The translations under genes and the position numbers were made by a program. A stretch of 64,000 nt of DNA from Phycisphaeraceae bacterium (GTDB taxonomy: Bacteria > Planctomycetota > Phycisphaerae > Phycisphaerales > Phycisphaeraceae): the NCBI GenBank assembly GCA_963674705.1, contig OY771506.1, positions 2,016,001 through 2,080,000 of the forward strand, given 5' to 3'. Of this stretch, positions 19,665-30,668 are shown piece after piece. The notes below the pieces were generated by a model that was not told where the DNA came from, searched no databases, and saw nothing but the letters and a program-made list of their open reading frames with translations. Position 1 is the first letter of the stretch, and each line of letters begins with the position of its first letter.

Positions 19665-20690
19665 ATGATGAGACATTTGGGAACAACCTTTGCAGTGTGT
19701 GCCTCGGCTTTGTGTTCTGTCGTGGTGGCAAGCTCCGCCTTGGCCGCACCGAATTATAGTGATGTCGTGCTTGCGGATAATCCCGTTGCATACTTCCGGC
19801 TGAATGAAGACTCCGGCTCGTTGGCTCTGTCCAAAGTCAATACCGCGACCCATGTCGGTTCGTTGGTCGGCACGGGCGGGGACCTGACTTTTGATGGCCT
19901 GCAGTCGGCAACGCATTTGGGGTTTGATGACGGCAATACGGGGCTGCTGCTGGATGGCGTGAACGGAAGCGGTATCGACTTGGGCGCCAGCGTCTCTACC
20001 GCGATGGTGGGTGCGTCCGGTATCACAACGGAATTATGGCTGCACGAAAGCAATATCAGCACCGTCTTTGAAGACCGAACCGCTTCGATGCTGTACGCCG
20101 GCGCCGCCGCGGGCATTAATATCATCGTACGCGGTAACAATGTTCGTGTCGGCGGTCGCTCACATCATTCTGATTTTTACAACAGTGGGTCCTATGTGGT
20201 CCTACCTGATGATTCACTAGGTGGGTGGATTCATGTTGTCGGTGTTGTGGATTATGCGAACAGTCAGATACGCACGTACATCAATGGCGTGCTGCAGGAT
20301 ACCTCGACGGCGATGTTCCAGAACTCGACTTTTATGGAAGGCGCATATTCCACATGGACCGACCGCATCGGTAATTCGGCAGATAATTCCAGTGGTGCGC
20401 CGATTAGTGTGTTGCAGGGTGGTATCGATGAGGTTGCCTACTACAACCGCGCACTTTCTGATCAAGAAGTGCTGACTCACTTCATGTCTGCTTTTGAAGA
20501 AGGCAGCTCGGGTCTTCCCGGTGATATCAATGGCGACGGCTTCGTAGGCCTGGATGACCTGGATATCGTTCTGAACAACTGGAATGCCGGCACCCCGCCG
20601 AACGCGGGCTCGCCGAATATCCCTGAACCCGCTTCCTTGGGAATGATGATCGTTGGCGGCATGTTCGTGCTGCGGCGTCGCTGCTGCTGA
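19665..20690 (+). CDS. LamG-domain PEP-CTERM protein with dockerin-like segment
   Basis: GGAGGA RBS; signal peptide; DNPVAYFRLNE...WIHVVGV...GGIDEVAYYNRALS; GDINGDGFVGLDDL; IPEPASL + TM + RRR. Confidence 0.88.
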   Translation: MMRHLGTTFAVCASALCSVVVASSALAAPNYSDVVLADNPVAYFRLNEDSGSLALSKVNTATHVGSLVGTGGDLTFDGLQSATHLGFDDGNTGLLLDGVNGSGIDLGASVSTAMVGASGITTELWLHESNISTVFEDRTASMLYAGAAAGINIIVRGNNVRVGGRSHHSDFYNSGSYVVLPDDSLGGWIHVVGVVDYANSQIRTYINGVLQDTSTAMFQNSTFMEGAYSTWTDRIGNSADNSSGAPISVLQGGIDEVAYYNRALSDQEVLTHFMSAFEEGSSGLPGDINGDGFVGLDDLDIVLNNWNAGTPPNAGSPNIPEPASLGMMIVGGMFVLRRRCC

Positions 20691-20705
20691 TACTGTGTTG
20701 CTGGT

Positions 20706-20748
20706 CAAGTGCCATACGGTTGCTACGTTCCCAGCCGTATGGCGCTTG
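20706..20748. other. Intergenic 17-bp stem-loop
   Basis: CAAGTGCCATACGGTTG / CAGCCGTATGGCGCTTG (two G-U pairs), 9-nt loop, no U tract. Confidence 0.55.
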
Positions 20749-20959
20749 CCGGCATTAATCCGTCACGGTCATTGACGTCCTAATGGCTAATTGAATCTGA
20801 TGGCGTGTGTATTTCTACCGGGTTTCTCGGTCGTGTTGCAAGCTCGATGTGTATTGGTCTGAGAGTTTGTCGGGGATCAGATTTGTATGCTTCTTTGCCT
20901 TTGGATCACAAGGTAAATGCATGCAGTGTCCCGCCGGGGTGTGAAGGTGTAGTTCCATC

Positions 20960-22360
20960 ATGACGAGTTATATCAACCGATTTTGGCTTTCCGTGCTGCG
21001 TTCAAGCATACTTTGCCTCGTGATGGTGTTTTTCTTCGGTGGCGTGAAGGCGTATGGCCAAACCACGCTTTTTAACGGTGAGCAAGTCCCTGGGGTCGTC
21101 ATTCAACATTCACCCGCATCGACCGGCGTGTTCCTGGGATCGCCTTCTCTGGTGATTCTGCCGGGCGGTGAATACATCGCATCATTTGAGTACTTCGGGG
21201 CCAGCGGCAGCCGTACCGACGTTTACAGATCGACCGATGAGGGTCAATCGTGGTCGATGGTCAGTGCGATGTTCAATCAGATATGGAGCAACTTGTTTGT
21301 TCATGACAACGACCTCTACAGCATCGGGACACGTGTTGCGCACGGCGATTTGATCATCCGCAAATCAACCGATGGGGGGGTAAGCTGGACATATCCGAGT
21401 GATGCGAGCACAGGGCTGTTAAAGGAGAGCACCTCGGTCGGGTATCACACCGCACCCGTTCCGGTGGTCGTCGCCAACGGCAGGATCTGGCGTGCGTATG
21501 AAGATATCGGCGGCGGGGGTAGTTGGCCCAACTACTTTCGTGCGGGGGTGATGAGTGCGCCGTTGGATTCCGATCTTCTGGATGCGGATAGCTGGGAATA
21601 CACCAATCTTTTGGCAAGGGACCCGCAGTGGCTCGGAGCGGTCGGCACATTTAATGGCTGGCTCGAAGGCAATGCCGTGGTCGACCGTAACGGGCAAGTC
21701 GTTAATGTGCTGCGTGTAGATGTTGGCGCCGGTCAGCCTGAGTTCACCGCTATCGCACGTGTTGAAGATAACACAACGCTGACTTTCAATCCCGATAGCG
21801 ATCTGGTGCCTATGTCTGGAGGCGCAAAAAAATTCACCATCCGGTACAACGAGTTGACCGACTCGTACTGGACACTGGCGAATATTGTCAATCAGGATAA
21901 CTATGATCCAGATGTGCTCCCGGGAGCGATTCGTAACACAATCGCGGTGATGGTGTCCACGGATCTGACCGACTGGTCAGTCAAAGAGATTGTACTGCAG
22001 GATTTAACCGATCCAGAGAATATTGCTTTTCAATATCTGGATTGGCAGTTTGATGGTACGGATATTGTCGCCGTCTCACGTACGTCGTATCCCGATGGTC
22101 TTGGTGGGGCCGATGATTATCACAACTCCAACTTTATAACCTTTCACCGTTTCGAAGATGTCTTGCCGGAGCCTTCTATCCCAGGTGATGTCAACGGGGA
22201 TGGGTTTGTTGGGCTGGATGACCTGGACATCATTCTGAACAACTGGAATACAGGGATTGCGCCGGGTTCCGGATCGCCGAGCATCCCTGAGCCGTCAGGA
22301 TTTGTTCTTGCGGTATTGAGTTCGGGGGCCCTAGTCGGGCGTCACAGTAATAGGAGGTAG
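20960..22360 (+). CDS. Sialidase-like BNR/Asp-box protein, PEP-CTERM anchored
   Basis: Asp-boxes STDEGQSW and STDGGVSW; GWLEGNAV; FQYLDW; SRTS...H.SNFITFHR; GDVNGDG; IPEPSG + TM. Confidence 0.85.
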   Translation: MTSYINRFWLSVLRSSILCLVMVFFFGGVKAYGQTTLFNGEQVPGVVIQHSPASTGVFLGSPSLVILPGGEYIASFEYFGASGSRTDVYRSTDEGQSWSMVSAMFNQIWSNLFVHDNDLYSIGTRVAHGDLIIRKSTDGGVSWTYPSDASTGLLKESTSVGYHTAPVPVVVANGRIWRAYEDIGGGGSWPNYFRAGVMSAPLDSDLLDADSWEYTNLLARDPQWLGAVGTFNGWLEGNAVVDRNGQVVNVLRVDVGAGQPEFTAIARVEDNTTLTFNPDSDLVPMSGGAKKFTIRYNELTDSYWTLANIVNQDNYDPDVLPGAIRNTIAVMVSTDLTDWSVKEIVLQDLTDPENIAFQYLDWQFDGTDIVAVSRTSYPDGLGGADDYHNSNFITFHRFEDVLPEPSIPGDVNGDGFVGLDDLDIILNNWNTGIAPGSGSPSIPEPSGFVLAVLSSGALVGRHSNRR

Positions 22361-22473
22361 GGGGATTGTTCGCTTCGTGTGATTTTTAGATTGTATTCAT
22401 CTCGTAGAAGGTAGGTATTTAGTTAATGTTGGTTTCATTTTTTAACTTTTACGTAACTCTTGGAGGAAGAAAG

Positions 22474-23379
22474 ATGTTGAATCGTGTACTTACTAAGGTC
22501 GTTGGCGCATCGATTATAACGGCGGTGTTGGGGGTGCATGTTTCCTCGGCGGTCGCGGGTTACAGCGATGCGGTGCTGGCGGATAACCCACTGGCTTACT
22601 TCCGCTTGAATGAAACAGCCGGCTCGCTGGTCAATTCAGAGGTTGGCGGTTATGGCGGCTCGGTGATCGGCACGGTGGGCCTGGCCGATGCGGGCCCGCA
22701 GGTAGCAGTATTCGATGGCTTTGATGCGGCCAATACCGGCGCAACGTTTGTTGGCGCCGACGGGAACGGTATCGATCTTGGCGCGGGCATTTCTACCGCC
22801 ATGGTGGGTGCATCTGCGATCACAACTGAGATGTGGATATCCAAGGCTGCGTTGTCGACAGGTATCTACCAGGACAACGCAGCTTCTGTGCTTTACACAG
22901 ACGCCGCAGCCGGCGCTAACATCGTTATCCGCGGGAACAACCTGAAGGTCGGTGGACGCTCCACCAGCTCGGACGGATTCAAGTCCATTGCATACGGCGT
23001 GAATACCTCCGTTTCCGTCCCGGGTGACTGGTACCACATCGTCGGTATCCTAGATTTCGCAAACAATGACATCCTGTTGTATGTCAATGGCGTACTCGTG
23101 CAAAGCAATACATCCGCGGGGTTCTCTCAGTCGACTTACGCCAGCGGTTCGTACTCAACCTGGACCGACCGTATCGGTAACGTGGCGGGCTCGGGCGGGC
23201 TTCCGGATAACGTGATTACCGGTGCTATTGATGAGGTCGCCTACTACAACCGCGCATTGACCGCCGAGGAAGTGTCGGCCCACTATGACGCCGCATTCGT
23301 GCCGGAGCCGGTCTCATCGATGCTGCTGGGGATCGGCTCGCTGTGCTTCCTCGCTACCCGACGACGTAGCGCACACTGA
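22474..23379 (+). CDS. LamG-domain PEP-CTERM protein (paralogue of 19665)
   Basis: GGAGGA RBS; signal peptide; YSDAVLADNPLAYFRLNE, YSTWTDRIGN, IDEVAYYNRAL; VPEPVS + TM + RRR. Confidence 0.88.
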   Translation: MLNRVLTKVVGASIITAVLGVHVSSAVAGYSDAVLADNPLAYFRLNETAGSLVNSEVGGYGGSVIGTVGLADAGPQVAVFDGFDAANTGATFVGADGNGIDLGAGISTAMVGASAITTEMWISKAALSTGIYQDNAASVLYTDAAAGANIVIRGNNLKVGGRSTSSDGFKSIAYGVNTSVSVPGDWYHIVGILDFANNDILLYVNGVLVQSNTSAGFSQSTYASGSYSTWTDRIGNVAGSGGLPDNVITGAIDEVAYYNRALTAEEVSAHYDAAFVPEPVSSMLLGIGSLCFLATRRRSAH

Positions 23380-23498
23380 TAGAAATTAACTTACCCGCAT
23401 CGGCCTTTACCGGTCGGTGTGGACTTTTCGTGCAATGTGAAGTGATTGCCCGGTGATCGAAAATAGTGTTGCAAGGATGTAGTGAGGTAAGTTGATTC

Positions 23499-25142
23499 AT
23501 GATATCTATTAGAAGATTCAGTGCATGTGCCGCCGCTTTTTTCGTGTGTATGCTTGTTTACCCGGCTCCGCGCACACATGCCGAAGATTTTCGCCTTGCA
23601 CTGCATTCGGTGGTCGAGTCTGTTAATACGATGACGATGTCTACGGCCATCGAGCTCCCGGGGCAAGCGGGGTAGTCTCAAACCGTATTCCTTCAGCATG
23701 ATGGTGGGACGGTCACGCTTGCGGCTGAGTCGAAAGCTGATAACCAGGTCTGGCAACTTGAGCGTCTGCCTGGATTAACCTGGCGCATTCGGGCGTACAA
23801 CGGAGATGGGTATCTATCAGTTGTTGTTGATAACAAGGCACTGTATGGCGGAAGCCATGTAGCTGTTTTGCCATGGACCGACTCGGAGAATCAACGCTGG
23901 TGTGTCACTTGCGATAAAGATCTGTCGGTGGCGATACGACTCAAGACAAAGCCCTATCAACTTCCGGTGAATACGCTAGCGAAAGGCAAGTTGCAGGTTG
24001 ATGTGTCAGAGTTGGAAGGCAGCAACGGCAATCTGTGGAACTTCAAGGCGGTGGAGAAGCTTGATTCACCGTCCATCGTCAAAGCGCCGAATGGCGATCT
24101 TGTTGTATATATGAAGAAAGACGGTGATCTATCCAAAAGCCGTGGTAAGTCCGGGATGCTGTTTCGGTCTAAGGATGGCGGAGATAGTTGGGTGAGGCTC
24201 GCGGATATCTCTGCAACGTATGGCCCGACACTGTTCACGCTCAAAGACAAGCTCTGCATGTTGGCTGGTGTGGATACTAAACTCGTTCTGCGGGTAAGCG
24301 AGGACAACGGTGATTCCTGGACCGAACACGTTATCAAGAATATCGGGCACGGGCTTGAGTCCGGCGGAGGGGCACCGGTCCTGTTTGCCGATGGTGTTTT
24401 GTATTACAGCTTCATGGATTACGGCGGGCCGAGAGGCTGGCCGAACAGTTTCCGACTATACGTCGCATCGTGTCCGGTTGAATCAGATATCACAGATCCT
24501 GCAAACTGGATTATCACTGCTCCTAGGCCATTCCCGAAAGAGCCAGCCGTATCCGGCACACGGAATGGCTGGCTAGAACCCAACGTCCTTAAGGCGCCAG
24601 ATGGTGATATCTGGCTGATTGCGCGGGTTGATCACATCGCAAAAGGCAACACCGGCGCTTACCTCAGGCTTTCATCTGATAGAAAGCAGATTGAGTTTGA
24701 TAATGTTTATCCCGCACCCGAGAATAGAACCGGGTTTATAACCGCGCCATGGGCTGCTCCTGCTAAGTTTCATATCGTTTACGACGAGAAGTCGGGCAAG
24801 TACTGGATGTTGGCGAATCCGTATTGTGGACCGCCGGCAAAAAACCGTTGGCACCCGTATGTGCGTAATGTCCTTGCGTTGTATTCCAGCACTGACATGT
24901 GGAACTTTGTCCTGGTCGATAGGCTTCTGGAAGACGACCAATTCTCCGATTGGGGGCAATCAAACTTACGCACGGGTTTTCAGCAGCCCTCATTCATTAT
25001 CAGTGGTAATGACCTCTTGTATGTTTCCAGGACCGCATACGGCACTTTCAACAACTACCACGACGCGAACATGATTACCTTTCACAAGGTGGCAGATTAC
25101 CAACGGATGCCATATCTCAAGCCTGACAACATAATGCGATAA
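23499..25142 (+). pseudogene. Secreted sialidase-like BNR protein with ricin-like N-domain, interrupted by an in-frame TAG at 23673-23675
   Basis: Hand translation from ATG 23499 gives a signal peptide and AEDFRLALHSVVESVNT, homologous to AEDFEDALYSVVDSVDT of the next gene. It continues in frame past TAG into the 23868 ORF (SKDGGDSW, NGWLEPN, HDANMITFH). Confidence 0.8.
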
Positions 25143-25213
25143 TCACACGACCCAAAGGTAATAATGCCTAGACATGGACCGCATCAAGCAAGATATCAAA
25201 ATCGACCGGGAAC

Positions 25214-26914
25214 ATGCCGGTTGAATTCTTATCACATCAAAATGAGGGTTTAATCGTGGAATCAAATCTACCTGCCAGCATACAATCGCAGACCAACGGA
25301 CAACGTCACCACCCATCGCGCAGAATCATTTTATCGACGCTTCTATTTGTATATGTGGGCTTTTCAAGTATTCAAGTATTAGCCGAAGACTTTGAGGATG
25401 CATTGTATTCGGTTGTGGATTCTGTTGACACGATCCGGGTGAGATTGTCTTCAATCGGTGATTTATACATGCAGCGTGATTTACCGGGCACCAATGTCAA
25501 TCTTGCTTTCGATTCCATAACCTCTCCACAACAAATTTGGCACATGGAGAAACTCGATGGAATGGTGTGGCGGTTTATACCATCCACAATGGGTGGCTAT
25601 CTGCGGGCGACTTCAGAGAATGGCTGGTTAAACTGCAATAATGTTGTATTGGCGTCATGGAATAACTGGGACAGTCAGAAGTGGGGGATAGCATGGTGTG
25701 GTGGCGGGTTGGTGAATTTTAATCTCACGGGTGTGGATTATCAGCTCTGTGCGAACTCCGGTTCTGACGGTTGGGGGGCAGGGGATAATGTTGAGATATA
25801 TGAACCCATGGACTGGGGGAGTGAAAAATGGGATATCTCAACTGTTGAAAACCTGGATTCGCCATCAATTATTAAGGCACCGAGCGGGAATCTTGTTGTA
25901 TACCTGAAGTACAACAACAACTCAGATTCAAGCTCAGTTGGAAAGCTGTATACATCGGATGATGGGGGTGCAACATGGGATAGTTTGCCTGATTTACCTG
26001 AGTCATACGGGACATATGCTCCGACGCTTTTCACACATGATGGCGATCTGTATATGCTTTCATGCGAAGGGTACAATCTTATTCTTCGCAAAAGCATCAA
26101 TAGCGGGAGCAGTTGGACAAAAACTGTGCTAAATACCTTTGGCCAATTGCTGGAATCAGGAGGAGGCGCACCGGTATTAGTCCATGACGGGTATGTTTAC
26201 TATGGTTTTATGGACAAGGACTACTGGCCAGTATATCCAATACAATGGCCAAGGTATTACCGATTGCGTGTGGCTTCATGCTCAACAAGTGTTGATATTA
26301 CTAATCCATCAAACTGGACTATTACTACACCTGAAGCGTTTCCCTCTTACCCCGCGGTGTCAGGGACTGAAAACGGCTGGTTGGAGCCAAATCTAGTTCC
26401 AGGGCCCGATGGGAAGATCTGGTTGATCGCAAGAGTCGACCACCAGGCCAATGGAAATGTTGCGGCCTGCCTGAAGCTCAATAGTGCCAGAACGGATATT
26501 GAGTTCAATAATATTTATCCGGCGACCGGATTGAATACAGGATTCTTCACGGCCGGATGGGCGGGTTCGGCGAAGTTTCACATCATCTACGATGATGTTT
26601 CGTCAAAATACTGGGTAATGTCGAATCCCTACAGGGGTGCCCCGTCTACGAATACTCGCCATCCATATGTCCGCAATGTACTTGCTCTGTATTCCAGCAC
26701 CGATCTCAAGAATTACATTCTGGAAGACGACCTTATCGAAGATGATATATCGGCTAGTTGGGCCGAGTCGGCATGGTGTACTGGATTTCAGCAGCCCGCG
26801 TTCATTATCGATGGTTCGCATCTCCTATATGTATCAAGAACCGCATACGGCACGTTTGATGATTATCACGACGCTAACATGATCACCTTTCATAAGAAGT
26901 TGAACTTCAGGTGA
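25214..26914 (+). CDS. Secreted sialidase-like BNR protein with ricin-B-like N-domain
   Basis: Signal-like segment ending SIQVLA; QIW/QKW/EKW repeats; SDDGGATW, SINSGSSW; NGWLEPN; HDANMITFH. Start uncertain. Confidence 0.85.
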   Translation: MPVEFLSHQNEGLIVESNLPASIQSQTNGQRHHPSRRIILSTLLFVYVGFSSIQVLAEDFEDALYSVVDSVDTIRVRLSSIGDLYMQRDLPGTNVNLAFDSITSPQQIWHMEKLDGMVWRFIPSTMGGYLRATSENGWLNCNNVVLASWNNWDSQKWGIAWCGGGLVNFNLTGVDYQLCANSGSDGWGAGDNVEIYEPMDWGSEKWDISTVENLDSPSIIKAPSGNLVVYLKYNNNSDSSSVGKLYTSDDGGATWDSLPDLPESYGTYAPTLFTHDGDLYMLSCEGYNLILRKSINSGSSWTKTVLNTFGQLLESGGGAPVLVHDGYVYYGFMDKDYWPVYPIQWPRYYRLRVASCSTSVDITNPSNWTITTPEAFPSYPAVSGTENGWLEPNLVPGPDGKIWLIARVDHQANGNVAACLKLNSARTDIEFNNIYPATGLNTGFFTAGWAGSAKFHIIYDDVSSKYWVMSNPYRGAPSTNTRHPYVRNVLALYSSTDLKNYILEDDLIEDDISASWAESAWCTGFQQPAFIIDGSHLLYVSRTAYGTFDDYHDANMITFHKKLNFR

Positions 26915-26990
26915 TGACAAGCGCTGTGCGTCTCAGTCCTGAGTATGCGATTGTGTGTGATGTAATTCTGCATTTAATCTGTGAAGTCTA

Positions 26991-29609
26991 ATGTCAATTA
27001 AACCAATTATTTTAGCTGACAACTGGTCGTTATCTCTCAAGCATGCTCCCGAGGGGGCGGAAGTCCCCAAGACTATTCGCGGTGTAAAGATACCCGCCAA
27101 GGCGCCCGGTAGTGTGTATACCGACCTGCTGGTGGCGGGCTTGATCGAGGACCCTTATGTTGGGCTAAACGAGTTAGAGACACATTGGATCGGCAAATGC
27201 GACTGGGTCTACGAGACGGAGTTTCACGTCGAGGCGAGTGTTCTGGGGGAAGCGCGCGTCGAAGCCGTATTCGATGGGCTTGATACCATCGCTGATGTCT
27301 CGATCAACGGGCAGAAGATCGGCTTGGCAGAGAATATGCATCTTCGATATCGATTCGATGCAAAGCCTTACCTGCGCGAGGGCGCGAATCAGCTTACCGT
27401 TCACTTCTATTCTTGCATGGTGCACGCGTATCAGGTTGAGCAGGAGGTGGGGGAGCGTCCTATTGGCGGCATAGGCACGAATGAGCCCCTGCCTTACAAC
27501 ATGATCCGCAAGATGGCGTGTAACTTCGGCTGGGATTGGGGGCCACGATTGTTGACGTGTGGTATCTGGCGGCCCGCGCGGATCGAGGCGTGGTCCACCG
27601 CACGGGTACAAGATGTCAGGCCGTTGGTGACGAAGGCGGATGAGAATGACGCAGTCGTTAAGGTCCATGTGGATTGCGATCGTGCGGAATCGCATGATAA
27701 GCAAGCTTATCACGTACAGGTGGTATGCACGCTGTATGATCCTGATAACAGAGAAGTGGCGAGACGCGACGCGGCTCTTCATGCTGATACCGAAATGATG
27801 GAGCTTCATGTCGACAAACCGCGATTGTGGTGGCCGATCGGTTATGGGGATCAGCCTTTGTATCGGCTGCATGTTGAGGTTAAAGACCCCGCCGGGCAGG
27901 CAATTGATTGCGTGGATAAGCGGATCGGCTTGCGCACGGTCGAATTAAACATTGAGCCTGATGCACAGCCATATGACAAGATGGGGGGCTTGATCCAAGG
28001 CGAAGCATTCGAGATTAAAGTCAATGGCCAGCGCGTCTATTGCAAGGGCGCGAATTGGATCCCCGATGACTGCTTCCCGCACCGGGTTACAACAGACCGC
28101 TATCGTCGGCGTTTAGACCAAGCGATCGAAGCGAATATGAACATGGTCCGCGTCTGGGGCGGCGGCACATATGAAGACGACATCTTCTATGATTACTGCG
28201 ATGAGAAGGGCCTGCTTGTGTGGCAGGACTTCTGCATGGCGTGCGCATGTTACCCAGAGGAGCAGCCTCTCTGGTCCTTGATCGAAGCGGAAGCGTATGA
28301 CAATGTTGCACGGCTGTGTTCACACCCCTCGCTCGTTATCTGGGTGGGATCAAACGAATGTATCTGGGGCACGTTCGCCTGGTCCGCGTTTGGCGATATC
28401 CGTACTGAAGGGAAACTCACCTGGGGCGAAAAGTATTACCTGGAGCTGTTCCCGAAGGTCTTGAAGGATCTTGATCCGAGTCGCCCCTATTGGGCAAGCA
28501 GCCCTTACTCGGGGTCGATGGATCGACATCCCAACGATAATGAGTACGGGAATCGACACATCTGGGACGTTTGGGGTTCTGAAGGTTGTAGTTATTACAA
28601 CTACCTCAGCCACTACCCACGTTTCCTTTCGGAGTTTGGTTTCCAGGGGCCCCCGACCTGGCCCACGCTCAGCCGCGCCATCCCCGAGCAAGAGCGCCAA
28701 TGGTTCTCTGAAACGTCGCTGCATCACAACAAACACAAGTCCGGCCAAGAGCGGGGCCTTAACCTGTTGCGAGATTCATTCGTCGTGCCTGAATCATTTG
28801 ACGATCAGGTATTCCTGGCATCGATCAACCAGGCCAGGGCTATCACGCTTGGTTCTGAGTGGTACAGGGCGTTATCGCCATGGTGCAGTGGCGTACTGTT
28901 CTGGCAGCTCAATGACTGCTGGCCCGTAAGCAGCTGGTCGGCGATCGACGGTGATGGAAGGCCCAAGCTGCTGTGGTACGGCGTTCAAAAATCCTTCCGC
29001 CCTCGGCTGATGACTATCAAACCCGCGGCGGTCACGCCCAGTGGCGAGGATGTCGGGCAACTGGCGGTCTACCTGCACAACGATCATCACGAGCCGTGGG
29101 TCGACACGTTGACGATCTGCAAGATGAATCTGCAAGGGCAAACACTCGATACGCTGTCCCGGCCAATCGAGGTTGAGCCGCGTGATAATCAACGCATCTG
29201 CCTGCCAGAAGACTGGACGGCCGGCCCGGGCCAGTTCATCCTGGCGGAACTGGATCAGGCTGTCGATGACGATAAGGCCTGGTGGTTTCACAAGCATGAC
29301 TACGAGATCAACTATCCCGAAACCGACTTGAAGTACGTCCTGCGTGATGAAAAAGATGGGGGGCAAACACTCATCGTGACAAGTAATGTTGTCGTGCGCG
29401 ATTTGTGCCTGTTGGCGGATCGGATTTGTGAATCCGCAGAGGTTGATCAGCAAATGGTCAATCTCCTGCCGGGCGACCTGGCGATATTCCGCATCTACTG
29501 CAATAAGCATCTTACGCTTGACGAGTTGACACGAGAAGATGTCTTGCGTTGCATCAACACGGTTGTGAGGTCGCAATCCGATAAGAGCAGCGCCCTTCAA
29601 CATGCATAA
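26991..29609 (+). CDS. Glycoside hydrolase family 2, beta-mannosidase-like
   Basis: FDGLDTIA, FGWDWGP, KGANWIP, NMVRVWGGG, WVGSNE (acid/base), RFLSEFGFQG (nucleophile), WQLNDCWP. No signal peptide. Confidence 0.93.
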   Translation: MSIKPIILADNWSLSLKHAPEGAEVPKTIRGVKIPAKAPGSVYTDLLVAGLIEDPYVGLNELETHWIGKCDWVYETEFHVEASVLGEARVEAVFDGLDTIADVSINGQKIGLAENMHLRYRFDAKPYLREGANQLTVHFYSCMVHAYQVEQEVGERPIGGIGTNEPLPYNMIRKMACNFGWDWGPRLLTCGIWRPARIEAWSTARVQDVRPLVTKADENDAVVKVHVDCDRAESHDKQAYHVQVVCTLYDPDNREVARRDAALHADTEMMELHVDKPRLWWPIGYGDQPLYRLHVEVKDPAGQAIDCVDKRIGLRTVELNIEPDAQPYDKMGGLIQGEAFEIKVNGQRVYCKGANWIPDDCFPHRVTTDRYRRRLDQAIEANMNMVRVWGGGTYEDDIFYDYCDEKGLLVWQDFCMACACYPEEQPLWSLIEAEAYDNVARLCSHPSLVIWVGSNECIWGTFAWSAFGDIRTEGKLTWGEKYYLELFPKVLKDLDPSRPYWASSPYSGSMDRHPNDNEYGNRHIWDVWGSEGCSYYNYLSHYPRFLSEFGFQGPPTWPTLSRAIPEQERQWFSETSLHHNKHKSGQERGLNLLRDSFVVPESFDDQVFLASINQARAITLGSEWYRALSPWCSGVLFWQLNDCWPVSSWSAIDGDGRPKLLWYGVQKSFRPRLMTIKPAAVTPSGEDVGQLAVYLHNDHHEPWVDTLTICKMNLQGQTLDTLSRPIEVEPRDNQRICLPEDWTAGPGQFILAELDQAVDDDKAWWFHKHDYEINYPETDLKYVLRDEKDGGQTLIVTSNVVVRDLCLLADRICESAEVDQQMVNLLPGDLAIFRIYCNKHLTLDELTREDVLRCINTVVRSQSDKSSALQHA

Positions 29610-29673
29610 GAAATGGGGCATACACACAAACGCCACGCACACGAGTTGATGGAAGAGTCAATCTTAGTCGACT

Positions 29674-30627
29674 GTGCAATTGATAAGGAGCACTGGATTG
29701 AATGTTGATTCCCGGTTGAGTTTGCACGGCATTTTTCCCCCGATGGTTACACCATTGAATGGGCCTGACAGCCTTGATATGGCGGGCACCGAGCGTTTGA
29801 TAGAGCATATGCTCGCCGGTGGCGTACATGGATTGTTTATCCTTGGCACGACCGGCGAAGGGCCCGGCTTGAGTTACAGGGTCAGGCGTGAATTGATTCA
29901 GCATGTCTGCACGCAGGTTAATGAGCGTGTGTCGGTGCTCGTCGGTGTGACGGACACATCGCATGCCGATCTCAAGCAGATGATTCAAACTGCTGCGGAA
30001 CACGGGGCGGTCGCAGCGGTGGTCGCGCCGCCCTATTATTCCATCCCATCGCAAGAGGAGTTGGTGAGTTACTATCGGCGTGTCGCTGATGAGTCACCTC
30101 TACCGATCGTGCCTTACAACATGCCTTCTTGCACGAAGGTGCATATCGAGTTAGACACGCTCCGCAAGATGATAGGCCACCCGAATATCCTTGCCTACAA
30201 AGACAGCTCGGGACGCATGCTGTACTTCCAGCAGGTCTTGCATCTACTCAAGGAATTCCCGGGCAAGACCGCATTGATGGGGCCGGATGAGTTACTCACT
30301 CAGGCCCTCTTGCTTGGGGGGCACGGCGGGATCTCCGGCGGTGCAAACCTATTTCCCCGGCTGTACGTCGATCTATACGACGCGGCAATGTCAGGCGATT
30401 TGCTTACCCTGCGACGACTGCAGGCCATCGTGATTCAGGTGTCAAGCATGTTGACGGGCGACGGTAGCTATGGATCAATCATCATCAAAAACCTTAAATC
30501 CGGCTTGTCTTGTTTGAATATCTGCGACAACCACCTGACCGAACCTTTCGGGCGTATCGACGACGAAGCATTCGACGCGATGCGTCGTTGTGTGTCTGAA
30601 GTTGAATGCCAGTTGGCCAGTGTCTGA
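29674..30627 (+). CDS. DapA/NanA-family class I aldolase
   Basis: PPMVTP, GTTGEG, YNMPSCT, Schiff-base KDSSG, GGISGGANL. Start uncertain. Confidence 0.9.
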   Translation: MQLIRSTGLNVDSRLSLHGIFPPMVTPLNGPDSLDMAGTERLIEHMLAGGVHGLFILGTTGEGPGLSYRVRRELIQHVCTQVNERVSVLVGVTDTSHADLKQMIQTAAEHGAVAAVVAPPYYSIPSQEELVSYYRRVADESPLPIVPYNMPSCTKVHIELDTLRKMIGHPNILAYKDSSGRMLYFQQVLHLLKEFPGKTALMGPDELLTQALLLGGHGGISGGANLFPRLYVDLYDAAMSGDLLTLRRLQAIVIQVSSMLTGDGSYGSIIIKNLKSGLSCLNICDNHLTEPFGRIDDEAFDAMRRCVSEVECQLASV

Positions 30628-30668
30628 CGCGGCCCGTTACATCTAACGAGTTTAAACTTGGGAATGCA

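Noticed and set aside
23673..23675. Pyrrolysine or genetic-code reassignment of TAG
   Set aside because: TAG terminates several intact genes here (groEL, tspO, gspF) and no pyl genes are in the window.
27174..30054. Long antisense ORFs (27174-27872, 28872-29642, 29554-30054) and similar shadows across large genes
   Set aside because: They lie opposite well-supported genes and lack motifs; such shadows are expected in GC-rich coding DNA.
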